The translations under genes and the position numbers were made by a program. This document shows positions 49,953-60,856 of a DNA stretch of 64,000 bases, piece by piece. The notes beneath the pieces are model-generated. The model was not told where the DNA came from and searched no databases. It saw only the letters and a program-made list of their open reading frames with translations. The number at the start of each line of letters is the position of its first letter. The stretch's first letter is position 1. Source of the stretch: an uncultured Puniceicoccaceae bacterium (GTDB taxonomy: Bacteria; Verrucomicrobiota; Verrucomicrobiia; Opitutales; Coraliomargaritaceae); the NCBI GenBank assembly GCA_964616435.1, contig CAZTSB010000072.1, forward strand, positions 18,393 through 82,392. The letters run 5' to 3'.

Positions 49953-50453
49953 TTAAAAAGTTTGAACATTACTTCGTATGTTCCTAACTATTTCAGTGCG
50001 AGTACGGCCATTACGCGGATGGTCGTAAGAGTATTTAACTTCAAGCCAAAATCCGGTATTGGTGGTTGTTGGTTGAATAGAAGGCTCCAATGTTAGTGGC
50101 AGGTTTTTAATCACAGAATTGTCGGGAGAAGTTTCATCGGTGATTATAGGAATTTCAATATCGTTTGGCTCGTTCAATTTCAAGGACTGGACTTCGCCGT
50201 TGCCTGAAATCAGATCGAAGGTGGAACTGTTTTGGCTATTGCTCAATTCTCCAAATTTTTTGCTCTTCATTTGTTCAAGTGTACTTAGAGCAACCGTTAA
50301 AGCGGTTGACTCGTAAAGATTGTCTTCAGCAGCATATTTTATTGAGATTAAAAAACTCATGAGTCCTAGAGCGACGAAAGTTAGAATGACCAGACTAATG
50401 ATAACCTCTATAAGGGTAAATCCGGAGGTCTTATTTTTTGCATCAAATGGCAT
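49953..50453 (-). CDS. Prepilin-type N-terminal cleavage/methylation protein (PilV/PulI-like)
   Basis: GFTLIEVI followed by a hydrophobic helix. Confidence 0.82.
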   Translation of the reverse strand: MPFDAKNKTSGFTLIEVIISLVILTFVALGLMSFLISIKYAAEDNLYESTALTVALSTLEQMKSKKFGELSNSQNSSTFDLISGNGEVQSLKLNEPNDIEIPIITDETSPDNSVIKNLPLTLEPSIQPTTTNTGFWLEVKYSYDHPRNGRTRTEIVRNIRSNVQTF

Positions 50454-50693
50454 AACGATAAAGTAGGAATAATATAATCTTATGGTATTTACGAAGTTGA
50501 ATTCAATAAAGCTATTTAATTTTTGAGATTAAGTAAACTCATAGAGTAGTGTTTCAACGAAGTCTAGAAAAAAATGGTCAGAAAGTGATTTTTTTTGTTT
50601 TTCGCTATTTTTCAGTAACTCGTTTTAAATTCTCGCTTTATGGAATCAAATGACTGCTATCATTGCATGAATGCACAGAATAGTTAAGATATT

Positions 50694-51503
50694 TCATGAA
50701 CTTTTGAGCTTGTAAGACGATTTGATTATCAAGGCGACTGGACAATGATCCGAGCCCTCAATCTGATCAAGGATCAGTGCATCTTCAATATGTTTGCTTA
50801 TAGGTTGCGAAACACAGAAGTAATCAAGGCGCCATCCAATATTTCTGACGCGTGCGTTGCTGCGGTAGGACCACCAGCTGTATCGCTCGGTGGCATTCGG
50901 GTAAAGCCAGCGAAAGCTATCTACAAAGCCGGCTTCCAGGATGGCATCAAAACGTGCACGCTCTTCATCTGTAAAACCGGCATTTTTACGGTTTTGCTTT
51001 GGATTACTGAGATCTACTTCCCGATGAGCTACATTCAGATCACCGCAAAAAATGACCGGTTTTTTCGTTTCGAGTGATTTTACGTGGTTCAGGAAATCGA
51101 CATCCCATTCCCGGGTTCGATAGTCTAGCCGCCTGGGGCGTTTGTTTTCATCGTGTCCCTGTGAGTTGGGTGTGTAAACGGTGACGATAAAATAGTCTTT
51201 AAATTCTGCAGTTATAACACGGCCTTCCCTATCATGTTTCTCAATGCCGAGTCCGTATTGAACTGTAAGCGGTTCAGACTTGCTGAAAATCGCGGTGCCG
51301 GAATAGCCTTTTTTATCTGCGCAGTTCCAATATAAGTAAGGATAGCCAGCAAAAGTGAATTGTTCGATTATATCTGTCGAAATCTTGGTTTCCTGCAGGC
51401 AGAGAACATCCGGTTGTTCCTGCTCCAGAAAGGTTTCGAAACCTTTTTTCATTACTGCACGCAGGCCATTGACATTCCATGAGATCAGTTTTTGGGGAGT
51501 CAT
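50694..51503 (-). CDS. xth: Exodeoxyribonuclease III
   Basis: [36 protein letters not shown]. Confidence 0.97.
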   Translation of the reverse strand: MTPQKLISWNVNGLRAVMKKGFETFLEQEQPDVLCLQETKISTDIIEQFTFAGYPYLYWNCADKKGYSGTAIFSKSEPLTVQYGLGIEKHDREGRVITAEFKDYFIVTVYTPNSQGHDENKRPRRLDYRTREWDVDFLNHVKSLETKKPVIFCGDLNVAHREVDLSNPKQNRKNAGFTDEERARFDAILEAGFVDSFRWLYPNATERYSWWSYRSNARVRNIGWRLDYFCVSQPISKHIEDALILDQIEGSDHCPVALIIKSSYKLKSS

Positions 51504-51524
51504 TGTGAATTTATTATGTCAGGT

Positions 51525-52595
51525 CTATTTGTAAAAGCCACCTCCAATAAGTGTTTCGTCCTTGTAAAGTGCAATTACCTGGCCGGAGGCAAGCGCACGT
51601 TGCGGCTGATCAAAGATAACTTTGGCTGTGTTAAGGCCAGTAGGATGATATGTGATTGATTGTGAGGGATCGCGGTAGCGTGGTTTGGCAAGGATTTTAC
51701 AGGATTCCTGAATGGTTCGATTGATGAAGCTGAGGCCTTGTATCTCGAATTCACTGCCAAATAAACCGGGTGATTCCGGATTATCAAATCCAACAATGAG
51801 TTCATTTAGTTCATGATTAAAGCCGATCACAACATAAAATTCATTATCTGTGTTTGAGGGCACTCCAATCCAGCGTCGCTGTCCAAGTGTGTAGCGGTGG
51901 AGTCCCTTGTGTTGTCCTAAGACTTTACCTTCACTGTTTACAATGTTTCCGGGTACATCTTCAATGTAGTGTTCCAGAAACCGGTTGATCGGCACATCTC
52001 CCAGGAAGCAAATACCCTGGCTGTCTTTTTTGTCGGCATTTGGAAGTTTGTGCTGTATTGCGAGTTCGCGGACGTTCGCTTTTTCATACGCTCCCAGTGG
52101 AAAGAGCACATGCTGAATTTGTTCCTGTTGCAGCAATGCCAGAAAATAGCTTTGGTCTTTATTTGGGTCGACTCCCTGGAGCAGGTCGAATCGGCCTTCT
52201 GCATTCTGGTGCTTGCGTACATAATGACCGGTTGCCAGTGCATCAAATCCCTGTGAACGGGCATAGTCTTGAAAGATTCCGAACTTCATCTCGCGGTTGC
52301 ACATGATGTCCGGATTTGGTGTGATGCCATTTTTGTAGCCTTCTACAAGGTAATGGACGACGTGCTCGCGGTATTCGTTAACTAGATTTACAATTTCAAA
52401 ATCGATCTCCAGATGTCTGGTTACGGCACGGGCATCCTCAATATCCTGCTGCGCAGGACAATCACCAAACGGTACTTCCTCGTTCATCCACGTGCGTATG
52501 TACGCACCTGATACCTCGTAGCCTTGTTTTTTGAGTAACAGAGCTGCGATGGAGCTATCAACGCCTCCAGATAAAGCTACCAGAATTTTGTTCAC
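51525..52595 (-). CDS. mnmA: tRNA 2-thiouridine(34) synthase
   Basis: [43 protein letters not shown] start. Confidence 0.97.
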   Translation of the reverse strand: MNKILVALSGGVDSSIAALLLKKQGYEVSGAYIRTWMNEEVPFGDCPAQQDIEDARAVTRHLEIDFEIVNLVNEYREHVVHYLVEGYKNGITPNPDIMCNREMKFGIFQDYARSQGFDALATGHYVRKHQNAEGRFDLLQGVDPNKDQSYFLALLQQEQIQHVLFPLGAYEKANVRELAIQHKLPNADKKDSQGICFLGDVPINRFLEHYIEDVPGNIVNSEGKVLGQHKGLHRYTLGQRRWIGVPSNTDNEFYVVIGFNHELNELIVGFDNPESPGLFGSEFEIQGLSFINRTIQESCKILAKPRYRDPSQSITYHPTGLNTAKVIFDQPQRALASGQVIALYKDETLIGGGFYK

Positions 52596-52770
52596 ATTAT
52601 GACTTAAATTCCGTTACCTGAAAGCGTCAACACAGAGCTGAAAGTTACCTGTTGAACTTTACATTCCGAATACTTCGGGGGTTGTCCCAAAGATCATTAT
52701 TGAAATAAATTCTTTATCGAAACGAATTTGACAAAACAGGATTTATTCTGAACTTGTGAGAACGATTTAA

Positions 52771-53367
52771 ATGAGTTCTACGCATAAAATTCTGGTTCTG
52801 AATCGACTGTGGCAGGCAGTAAACATAATCGGAATTCAACGTGCTTTTAGTCTCCTGTTGCAAAATCACGCGCAAGTTATTAACACTGGTGACGGTAGTT
52901 TTCAGGTTATGGATTCATCTGCCTGGCTGGATCATTCAGTTCAGCAAATACCCAGAGAAAACGAGGCCTATGTTCAGACCGTTCATCTGCGAATACGTGT
53001 TCCGAAAGTTCTTTTGCTGCGAAAGTACGATCGGTTGCCCATGCAGGAGGTTCGTTTTACAAGAGACAATCTTTTTGAACGTGATCAGTATCGTTGCCAA
53101 TACTGCGGGAACAGTTTCCCTGTTGATCGGTTAAATATGGATCATGTGATACCGAAGGCAAATGGCGGACGTACCTCATGGGAAAACATAGTTACTGCAT
53201 GCATTCCCTGTAATACTCAGAAAGCAAATCGTTTACCACATCAGGCTAACATGCACTTGATCAAGAAACCTTCACGTCCCCGCTGGCGTCCCTTTGTGAG
53301 TTCGTTGGTTGATCAGCAGTACGATTCAGACTGGGATTATTTCTTGAATTTAAAGCAAAAAAAATGA
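52771..53367 (+). CDS. HNH endonuclease family protein
   Basis: LVLN, RDQYRCQYCG, DHVIP..GG..SWENIVTAC..CN..K. Confidence 0.92.
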   Translation: MSSTHKILVLNRLWQAVNIIGIQRAFSLLLQNHAQVINTGDGSFQVMDSSAWLDHSVQQIPRENEAYVQTVHLRIRVPKVLLLRKYDRLPMQEVRFTRDNLFERDQYRCQYCGNSFPVDRLNMDHVIPKANGGRTSWENIVTACIPCNTQKANRLPHQANMHLIKKPSRPRWRPFVSSLVDQQYDSDWDYFLNLKQKK

Positions 53368-53418
53368 GTTGACTGAGATTCTGCTTCATAAACGACGAAC
53401 CATTGAATAAATTAAAAA

Positions 53419-53988
53419 CTACTGACGGATTGCTTCAATATTGATGACTACATCAACCTCGTCGCCAACAGCCGGCTGACCAGCGGAAATGCCCCATTCA
53501 GTACGGTCAAGCAGAGTCGTTGCTTCCCAACCGGATAAATATGAATCTTTCATGCCTGGGCCAAAGCGAAGAAGATTAACACTGAGCACAACTTCTTTGG
53601 TTTTGCCCAACATTGTCAGGTTGCCGGTCACTTTAAACGCTTTTTCCTTATCGGTCGTTTCCCATTTTGTCGATTCGAAGGTGATCAGCGGGTGTTCGGT
53701 AGAATTGAAGTAATCGTCTTCCTGCAGGTGTGAATCGCGTTTTTTGTTTGCAGTATCAACCGAAGCGACCTGGATCGTAGCGTTTACCTTGCTGTTACTC
53801 AAATCATTGCGATCTACTGTGATTGTGCCCTCAAACTGATTGAACCTTCCGGTTGTTTTGGCAACAAAGTGGCGAATACTGAATGCTACCGATGAATGTG
53901 TTGGATCAATCTTGTATGTTTCGACTTCTGCTGAAGCGAACAGAGTGCTTGAGATTAAAGCCAGGGTTATTTGGATTAGTTGTTTCAT
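53419..53988 (-). CDS. YceI family periplasmic lipid-binding protein
   Basis: Signal peptide, IDPTHS...F, RDSHL..DYF, GNLT..G, LDR..WG. Confidence 0.92.
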   Translation of the reverse strand: MKQLIQITLALISSTLFASAEVETYKIDPTHSSVAFSIRHFVAKTTGRFNQFEGTITVDRNDLSNSKVNATIQVASVDTANKKRDSHLQEDDYFNSTEHPLITFESTKWETTDKEKAFKVTGNLTMLGKTKEVVLSVNLLRFGPGMKDSYLSGWEATTLLDRTEWGISAGQPAVGDEVDVVINIEAIRQ

Positions 53989-54009
53989 GGTGTTTTGTGT
54001 GTTTTGTTT

Positions 54010-54915
54010 TTAGATGAATTCAGGTAAATCTTTCTCGGTTCCTTGAACACTTAGGATATAAATCTGGTCGCCCTTCGACCAGACCTTGAAAGCTTGTTTT
54101 TTATGTTCGAAGACTTCTGGTTTTGAAGGAAAATAGTTCGGAAGACTATCTTTATTCAGATCAGCTTTGTTCATCGTGAATAAATGATAGACTTGTCCGT
54201 TTTTGAAACAAATCATACTTAATTGTGTGCCGCCGTAATCAAACGCAACACAGCCTATTGTAGGAGCCGCTTCAAAATGTTTTGGTATTTCTGCCGGACT
54301 CGGCATTCCGGTAAGTTTCAGATAACTCTGAAGCTCGTTGATTTGTTCACTGCGTTTTTCGAGTTTCGAGCCGTCAAAATCGGCCAGTTGCTGACTAAGG
54401 AATTGTACAATATCGGGAATCCCTGCAACAGCTGGAGATGAACTCAATGCCAATTCATTAGCAGGCAGGCTTTTGTCAGCAACTTTTTGTAGCGTAGGCT
54501 CTTTGCGTGAAAGGATCAAAAGTACACTGGCAAACAGTAAAGCTGCCGCAATTCCAATCACAGGGCGGAACCACACGATTTTTGAATCGCTATTTGCGGG
54601 AGCATAATTGGGCGCAACAGCTTTATCAGAATGATCCTCTACTCTTGAAGTATTTTCCTGATTTCTGTTAGAAGTTGCAGCTCTTTCCTGCATGCCGCTA
54701 AGGATCGACGCTTTGAGATTTGGTGAAGGTAAGATACTTTTCAGCTCTTCGCAGATGGCCGCATCTACCATTTGCTGTTCTTCAAACCAGGCACAAAGCT
54801 CCGAATCCTGCTCAAGCTTCTCAAACGCCTCTCTGACAAGCGGATCTTCGAGGTCTTCTTCGGCATGGCCCGGGCGGCAAAGTTGGAGAATATCTTTGGC
54901 TTCTTCGCTATTCAT
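54010..54915 (-). CDS. Putative membrane anti-sigma factor
   Basis: Directly downstream of the ECF sigma; N-terminal cytoplasmic domain, one TM, extracytoplasmic domain. Confidence 0.7.
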   Translation of the reverse strand: MNSEEAKDILQLCRPGHAEEDLEDPLVREAFEKLEQDSELCAWFEEQQMVDAAICEELKSILPSPNLKASILSGMQERAATSNRNQENTSRVEDHSDKAVAPNYAPANSDSKIVWFRPVIGIAAALLFASVLLILSRKEPTLQKVADKSLPANELALSSSPAVAGIPDIVQFLSQQLADFDGSKLEKRSEQINELQSYLKLTGMPSPAEIPKHFEAAPTIGCVAFDYGGTQLSMICFKNGQVYHLFTMNKADLNKDSLPNYFPSKPEVFEHKKQAFKVWSKGDQIYILSVQGTEKDLPEFI

Positions 54916-54930
54916 GATTTTGAAAAGGGG

Positions 54931-55443
54931 TTAAGTGCGCTCAGTTTCTTTACGTTTGAACAGTTCGCGCAGTTGTGTTTTACCACGTGAGAGGCGTGAC
55001 ATGACGGTGCCAATCGGCACCTCCAGAACTTCGGCAATTTCCTTGTAGGAAAGATCTTTGAGGTAAAAGAGGGTTAGCGGTTCTCGGTATACGGCGTCCA
55101 CTTCTTCCAGTGCCTCAAGTGCGAGATTGCCATCGGTAGTACTTTGTACGTGTGATTCTACGGAACCGCCTGCATTTTCCAGCAACTCCGGCTCGTAGTG
55201 GGTCACTCTTGCATCTTTTTTACGTCGACGTAAGAATTCACGGTAGAGCGTTGTAAAAAGCCAGGATTTAACCTTGCTTGAATCACGCAGGGAATGTCCT
55301 TTTTCTGCATAGATGAAAAAGGTCTGCTGGGTTAAATCACCCGCCTCATGTTCGTTTTTGGCAAGGCTGTATCCAAAACGATAGAGCGATTGATAGTAGG
55401 CACTCACGATTGCTTCAAAGTTGTTGTTTGATTCTTGCCCCAT
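54931..55443 (-). CDS. ECF RNA polymerase sigma factor
   Basis: AGDLTQQTF, KSWLF, LSYKEIAEVLEVPIGTVMSRLSRG. Confidence 0.95.
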   Translation of the reverse strand: MGQESNNNFEAIVSAYYQSLYRFGYSLAKNEHEAGDLTQQTFFIYAEKGHSLRDSSKVKSWLFTTLYREFLRRRKKDARVTHYEPELLENAGGSVESHVQSTTDGNLALEALEEVDAVYREPLTLFYLKDLSYKEIAEVLEVPIGTVMSRLSRGKTQLRELFKRKETERT

Positions 55444-55480
55444 TGGAGTGATTGTCTCAGTAGTTTATTCCAAATAAATT

Positions 55481-56563
<1,083 letters not shown>

Positions 56564-56661
56564 TGAAAATGATCTTAAAATCTATGTATGTAAAAGGCAG
56601 AGCAAATAAAATTGACGATTCCTTTGAGTCATATGTTAGCTATATAGTCTATTTAAAACTC

Positions 56662-57333
56662 ATGCAGCACTCACATAAAACTATTCTGGCGCCGTCCCTT
56701 CTGGCCGGAGATCACGCGGATTTGAAAAGCAGCCTGAATTCGGTCGAAAAGCTTGGTCTGGAATGGGTGCATCTCGATATTATGGATGGTCATTTCGTGC
56801 CCAACCTGACGTTTGGCCCTCAAACTGTAAAAGCGCTTCGACCGCTATCCAAGCTGTTTTTTGACGTGCATCTGATGCTCGATAATCCGGATCAATTCAT
56901 CGATGCATTTGTCGATGCGGGGGCTGACCAGATCACCATACATGTCGAGCCGGATTATCCAATCACAGAAACTCTAAAGCATATTGCTGAGCGCGGTTGT
57001 AAACGCGGTGTCGTTCTCAATCCGGATACGTCGGCGGATGAGGCCAAACCTTTTTTAGCTGATTGTGACATTGTTTTATTGATGACGGTTCAACCGGGTT
57101 TTGGTGGACAAAGCTTTCGCAAAGACGTCTTGCCAAAAATCGAAACACTGGCGAATTGGCGCGATGAACACGGTCTCGACTATCGCCTAGAGGTCGATGG
57201 CGGTGTTGATCTGCGCACGGCCCCTGATTGTGTTTCCCGGGGAGTGGACACACTGGTCGCCGGAACTGCATTTTTCAAAGCCGCAGATCCTGCTGCATTC
57301 GGTGCAGCCATCACTCATGTAAAGGAGCCGTAA
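56662..57333 (+). CDS. rpe: Ribulose-phosphate 3-epimerase
   Basis: APSLL, HLDIMDGHFVPNLTFG, DVHLM, MTVQPGFGGQ, VDGG; start at ATG 56662. Confidence 0.96.
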   Translation: MQHSHKTILAPSLLAGDHADLKSSLNSVEKLGLEWVHLDIMDGHFVPNLTFGPQTVKALRPLSKLFFDVHLMLDNPDQFIDAFVDAGADQITIHVEPDYPITETLKHIAERGCKRGVVLNPDTSADEAKPFLADCDIVLLMTVQPGFGGQSFRKDVLPKIETLANWRDEHGLDYRLEVDGGVDLRTAPDCVSRGVDTLVAGTAFFKAADPAAFGAAITHVKEP

Positions 57334-58118
57334 AGATCAGAACGCCGGTCTTTGAGCACAGGCATGTGTGCACGGATTTCGGCAACTTTTCCAACGTCAA
57401 TGTCGACGGTATACACTCCGGTAGACTCATCGGCTTCCAGAAGAGTTTCACCCCAGGGGTCAACGACCATAGAGTGTCCGAAGTAATCAATTTCACCGGC
57501 ATCTGAGCCATGGTTTTCGACGCCGCACTGGTTGACCGCGATGAAATAGATTTGATTTTCGATTGCCCGGGCCTGAATTAAGGTTCGCCAATGTGCCAGA
57601 CGCGGATGTGGAAAGGCAGAAGGTAACACCTGAATGACGGCACCTTGCAAAGCACACTTCCGAAATAGCTCAGGAAAGCGAAGATCATAACAAATGCTGC
57701 AGCCGATGTGCCCCAGTTCCGTATCTCCGGTCACGATAGCATCTCCGGCTTCCATGTGTTTCTCTTCCTGGAAAAGAGTGAACAGGTGCGCTTTCCGATA
57801 CTGCACTGCGATTTTGCCGGAGCGTTCAAAGTAGCAAAAAGTATTCGCCGGACGACCTGAAGGTGTTGCCTCCATAAATGAACCGCAAATAGCGATGCCA
57901 AATGTTTTAGCCAGTTCCGCAACCGTATCCCGATGGCTGTCGGCCTGATCCAGAAGAGATAGGTTTCTTTGCCAGTCGAACCCGGTTGTACACATCTCCG
58001 GAAGAAAAAGTGTATTTGCTTCCCGAGCCTTAGATTCTACAACGAGTTCGCGAATTTTCGCTAGATTTGCTGTGGGATCACCACGAACGACTTCAAACTG
58101 AGCAAGTGCAATTTTCAT
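57315..58118 (-). CDS. Carbon-nitrogen hydrolase (nitrilase superfamily)
   Basis: Glu-Lys-Cys triad: LPEM, YRKAHL, ICYDLRFPE; RAIENQ; GHSMVVDPWG. Confidence 0.93.
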   Translation of the reverse strand: MKIALAQFEVVRGDPTANLAKIRELVVESKAREANTLFLPEMCTTGFDWQRNLSLLDQADSHRDTVAELAKTFGIAICGSFMEATPSGRPANTFCYFERSGKIAVQYRKAHLFTLFQEEKHMEAGDAIVTGDTELGHIGCSICYDLRFPELFRKCALQGAVIQVLPSAFPHPRLAHWRTLIQARAIENQIYFIAVNQCGVENHGSDAGEIDYFGHSMVVDPWGETLLEADESTGVYTVDIDVGKVAEIRAHMPVLKDRRSDLYGSFT

Positions 58119-58207
58119 ACCTTGATGAAAACAATAAATCCAAATTTGAAAAAATAAAACTTGATTCAATTACCTTCAAAGACATTTTCCATACTTTGCA
58201 AGCTTGA

Positions 58208-58284
58208 GGACGGCTAGCTCAGTTGGTTAGAGCACCTCGTTTACACCGAGGGGGTCGTGGGTTCGAATCCCTCGCCGTCTACCA
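58208..58284 (+). tRNA. tRNA-Val(TAC)
   Basis: Acceptor GGACGGC/GCCGTCT, D-arm, anticodon arm CCTCG-TTTACAC-CGAGG, TTCGAAT T-loop, encoded ACCA. Confidence 0.97.
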
Positions 58285-58316
58285 CTTTCAAGTTTTAGCA
58301 ATACAGCTTTTCAATT

Positions 58317-58790
58317 ATGCGTCACATCATCTCAATCCTCGTTGAAAATAAGTTCGGAGTGCTTGCTCGTATCGCTGGTATGTTCAGTGGACGTGGATTC
58401 AATATCGAAACTTTAAACGTAGGTCCGATGATAGACGAGCGTTTCTCACGTATCACTGCGACGATTATTGGCGACGAAAATGCTCTTGATCAGGTGATCA
58501 AGCAGGTAAACAAGTTTGTAAACGTACTGGACGTTACTGAGTTTTCAAGTGGTCAGGCAACCGAGCGTGAACTACTGATTCTGAAAGTTAAGTCCTCTGC
58601 TTCAAAGCGCGCTGAGATCATGCAGATTTGTGACATTTTTCGAGCCAAGATTATTGATGTTGCGTCCGATTCGTTGAATATTGAAATGACGGGAAACAAT
58701 AATAAAGTTAAAGCTTTCCTAAATCTGATCGATCCTTATGGGATCATTGAGATGGCTCGCTCTGGTAATATTGCGCTGAAGCGTGGATAA
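58317..58790 (+). CDS. ilvN: Acetolactate synthase regulatory subunit
   Basis: LVENKFGVLARIAGMFSGRGFNI ACT domain, EREL, EMARSG. Confidence 0.96.
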   Translation: MRHIISILVENKFGVLARIAGMFSGRGFNIETLNVGPMIDERFSRITATIIGDENALDQVIKQVNKFVNVLDVTEFSSGQATERELLILKVKSSASKRAEIMQICDIFRAKIIDVASDSLNIEMTGNNNKVKAFLNLIDPYGIIEMARSGNIALKRG

Positions 58791-58871
58791 AGCCTCACTC
58801 TTAATCCTAATTTTAATAACTATTTCAAATATAACCCGGGGGTTATTCAATTCCCACAATCACAGATACCT

Positions 58872-59900
58872 ATGCCTGCAAAAGTCTATACCGATAAAGA
58901 TGCTGATCTGAAGCTTATCAAAAAGAAAACCCTCGCCATCATTGGCTACGGTTCACAGGGCCATGCCCACGCGCAAAATCTAAAGGACAGCAAATTGAAC
59001 GTGATCATCGGCCTCTATAAAAAGAGCAAGTCGGTCAAGGTCGCTAAAAGTCACGGTTTTGAAGTGTACGAGACTTCTGAGGCTGTGAAAAAAGCAGATG
59101 TTATCATGCTGGCGGTGCCAGACATGCTACAACCGGAGGTTTATGAAAACGACATTCTTCCAAACCTGACTAAGGGCAAGACACTTGCGTTTACTCACGG
59201 ACTAGCCATTCACTTTGGCCTGATCGAACCGCCTAAAGGCATCGACGTTATTATGATTGCTCCAAAGGGTCCCGGTCATGTCGTTCGCAGCCAGTATGTG
59301 GAAGGAAAGGGAGTTCCTTCACTTATTGCAGTCAACAAAGGTTCTTCGAAAGGCGCCAAGGGTATTGCGCTTGCATGGGCAAAAGGCATCGGTGGCACAC
59401 GCGCCGGAGTTATTCAGACAACATTCAAGGAAGAGTGTGAAACAGATCTCTTTGGTGAGCAGGCAGTGCTTTGCGGTGGTGCATCTGCGTTGGTACAGGC
59501 TGGATTTGAGACACTGGTTGAAGCTGGCTATCAGCCGGAAATGGCTTATTTTGAATGCCTGCATGAGCTTAAGCTGATTGTCGATCTCATGGTTGAGTCC
59601 GGTATATCCGGTATGCGTTTCTCGATTTCGGAAACTGCGGAGTGGGGCGATTACATCAGTGGTCCCCGAGTGATCAATGCATCTTCCAGAAAAGCGATGA
59701 AAGCTATCCTCAATGACATTCAATCTGGCAAATTCACCAAAAACTGGGTCAAAGAGTACAAGGCAGGCAGCCCGAAGTACAAAAAATACAGAGAAGAAGG
59801 CGAAGCACATCCGATCGAGAAAACGGGCAAACGCTTACGTTCACTGATGCCCTGGGTCAAGAAACGCAACATCAAAGGCGCCCAGGCTTCTTATAATTGA
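58872..59900 (+). CDS. ilvC: Ketol-acid reductoisomerase
   Basis: [50 protein letters not shown]. Confidence 0.98.
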   Translation: MPAKVYTDKDADLKLIKKKTLAIIGYGSQGHAHAQNLKDSKLNVIIGLYKKSKSVKVAKSHGFEVYETSEAVKKADVIMLAVPDMLQPEVYENDILPNLTKGKTLAFTHGLAIHFGLIEPPKGIDVIMIAPKGPGHVVRSQYVEGKGVPSLIAVNKGSSKGAKGIALAWAKGIGGTRAGVIQTTFKEECETDLFGEQAVLCGGASALVQAGFETLVEAGYQPEMAYFECLHELKLIVDLMVESGISGMRFSISETAEWGDYISGPRVINASSRKAMKAILNDIQSGKFTKNWVKEYKAGSPKYKKYREEGEAHPIEKTGKRLRSLMPWVKKRNIKGAQASYN

Positions 59901-59932
59901 GTCTAGGCTTTGGGGGTCTCAGTCGGAGACAT

Positions 59933-60787
59933 ATGTCTAAGCCAACGTATATTGCGACCCGCAAAAGTCCTCTGGCGCTGATTCAGACTCAAGCCGTGCG
60001 CGAGCATCTCCAGTCGGCATTTCCTGAAGAGCCGTTTGAAGAATTGAGGTTGAGCACAAAAGTCGATGAACGTTTAAACTGGTCTCTGGAGAAACGCGGT
60101 GGAATCGGTCTTTTTACCAAAGAACTGGAGGAAGCCCTGCTTGATGGACGTGCCTCTCTGGCAGTGCATAGCGCCAAAGATTTGCCGACTCAGTTTCAGG
60201 CGGATTTGTGTATCGCCGGATACTTAACGCGTGCACGGGCAAATGATGTACTCGTCCGGCGTAAAGACTGTGTCGTTCCGAAAACAATTGCTACCGGCAG
60301 CCCACGCCGACGCGCGCAGGTCAGTCTTCTGGAGAAACAAGCTGAATGGACAATCATCCGTGGCAACGTGGAGACACGTCTGCGGAAAATCGTGGACGGA
60401 GACGCTGATGCGACGCTACTTGCAGCCGCTGGGCTGGAGCGATTGGGTATCACCGAATTTGAAGGGCTCGAACTTACCGCACTATCGATTGATCAGGTAG
60501 TGCCGGCTCCGGGGCAGGCCGCGATTGCCATTCAGTGCCGACTTGCCGATCTGCCGCGTTACGAAAACTTGTTTTGTGAGACGACGAAGCTGGCAGTATC
60601 TCTGGAACGGGCTTTTCTGAGTCGCCTTGGTAGTGGTTGCCAGACACCGGTTGGAGCGCACTATGCAGAAGGCGTGTTTCATATATTTCATCCGGAAACA
60701 GGTTATTCGACTTTCAAGACGAACATAGGTTCTTTGGAAGCGATTGATACCATTCTCGATACAGTCTTTAAGAAACTGAAACTCTGA
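59933..60787 (+). CDS. hemC: Hydroxymethylbilane synthase
   Basis: ATRKSPLAL.Q, GLFTKELE, VHSAKD, TGSPRR, RGNV.TRL, PAPGQ, GCQTP. Confidence 0.94.
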   Translation: MSKPTYIATRKSPLALIQTQAVREHLQSAFPEEPFEELRLSTKVDERLNWSLEKRGGIGLFTKELEEALLDGRASLAVHSAKDLPTQFQADLCIAGYLTRARANDVLVRRKDCVVPKTIATGSPRRRAQVSLLEKQAEWTIIRGNVETRLRKIVDGDADATLLAAAGLERLGITEFEGLELTALSIDQVVPAPGQAAIAIQCRLADLPRYENLFCETTKLAVSLERAFLSRLGSGCQTPVGAHYAEGVFHIFHPETGYSTFKTNIGSLEAIDTILDTVFKKLKL

Positions 60788-60856
60788 GAATCTCGAACTT
60801 TCAAAATCCAAAATTCAAAGTTCGACGTTCAAAGTTTGATGTACAAAGTTCAGGGT

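Noticed and set aside
52771..53367. HNH nuclease as a defence or mobile gene
   Set aside because: Common stand-alone HNH type in a housekeeping context with no partner genes
58285..58316. tRNA-Val as an island attachment site
   Set aside because: Housekeeping genes follow immediately, and I saw no duplicated tRNA 3' end
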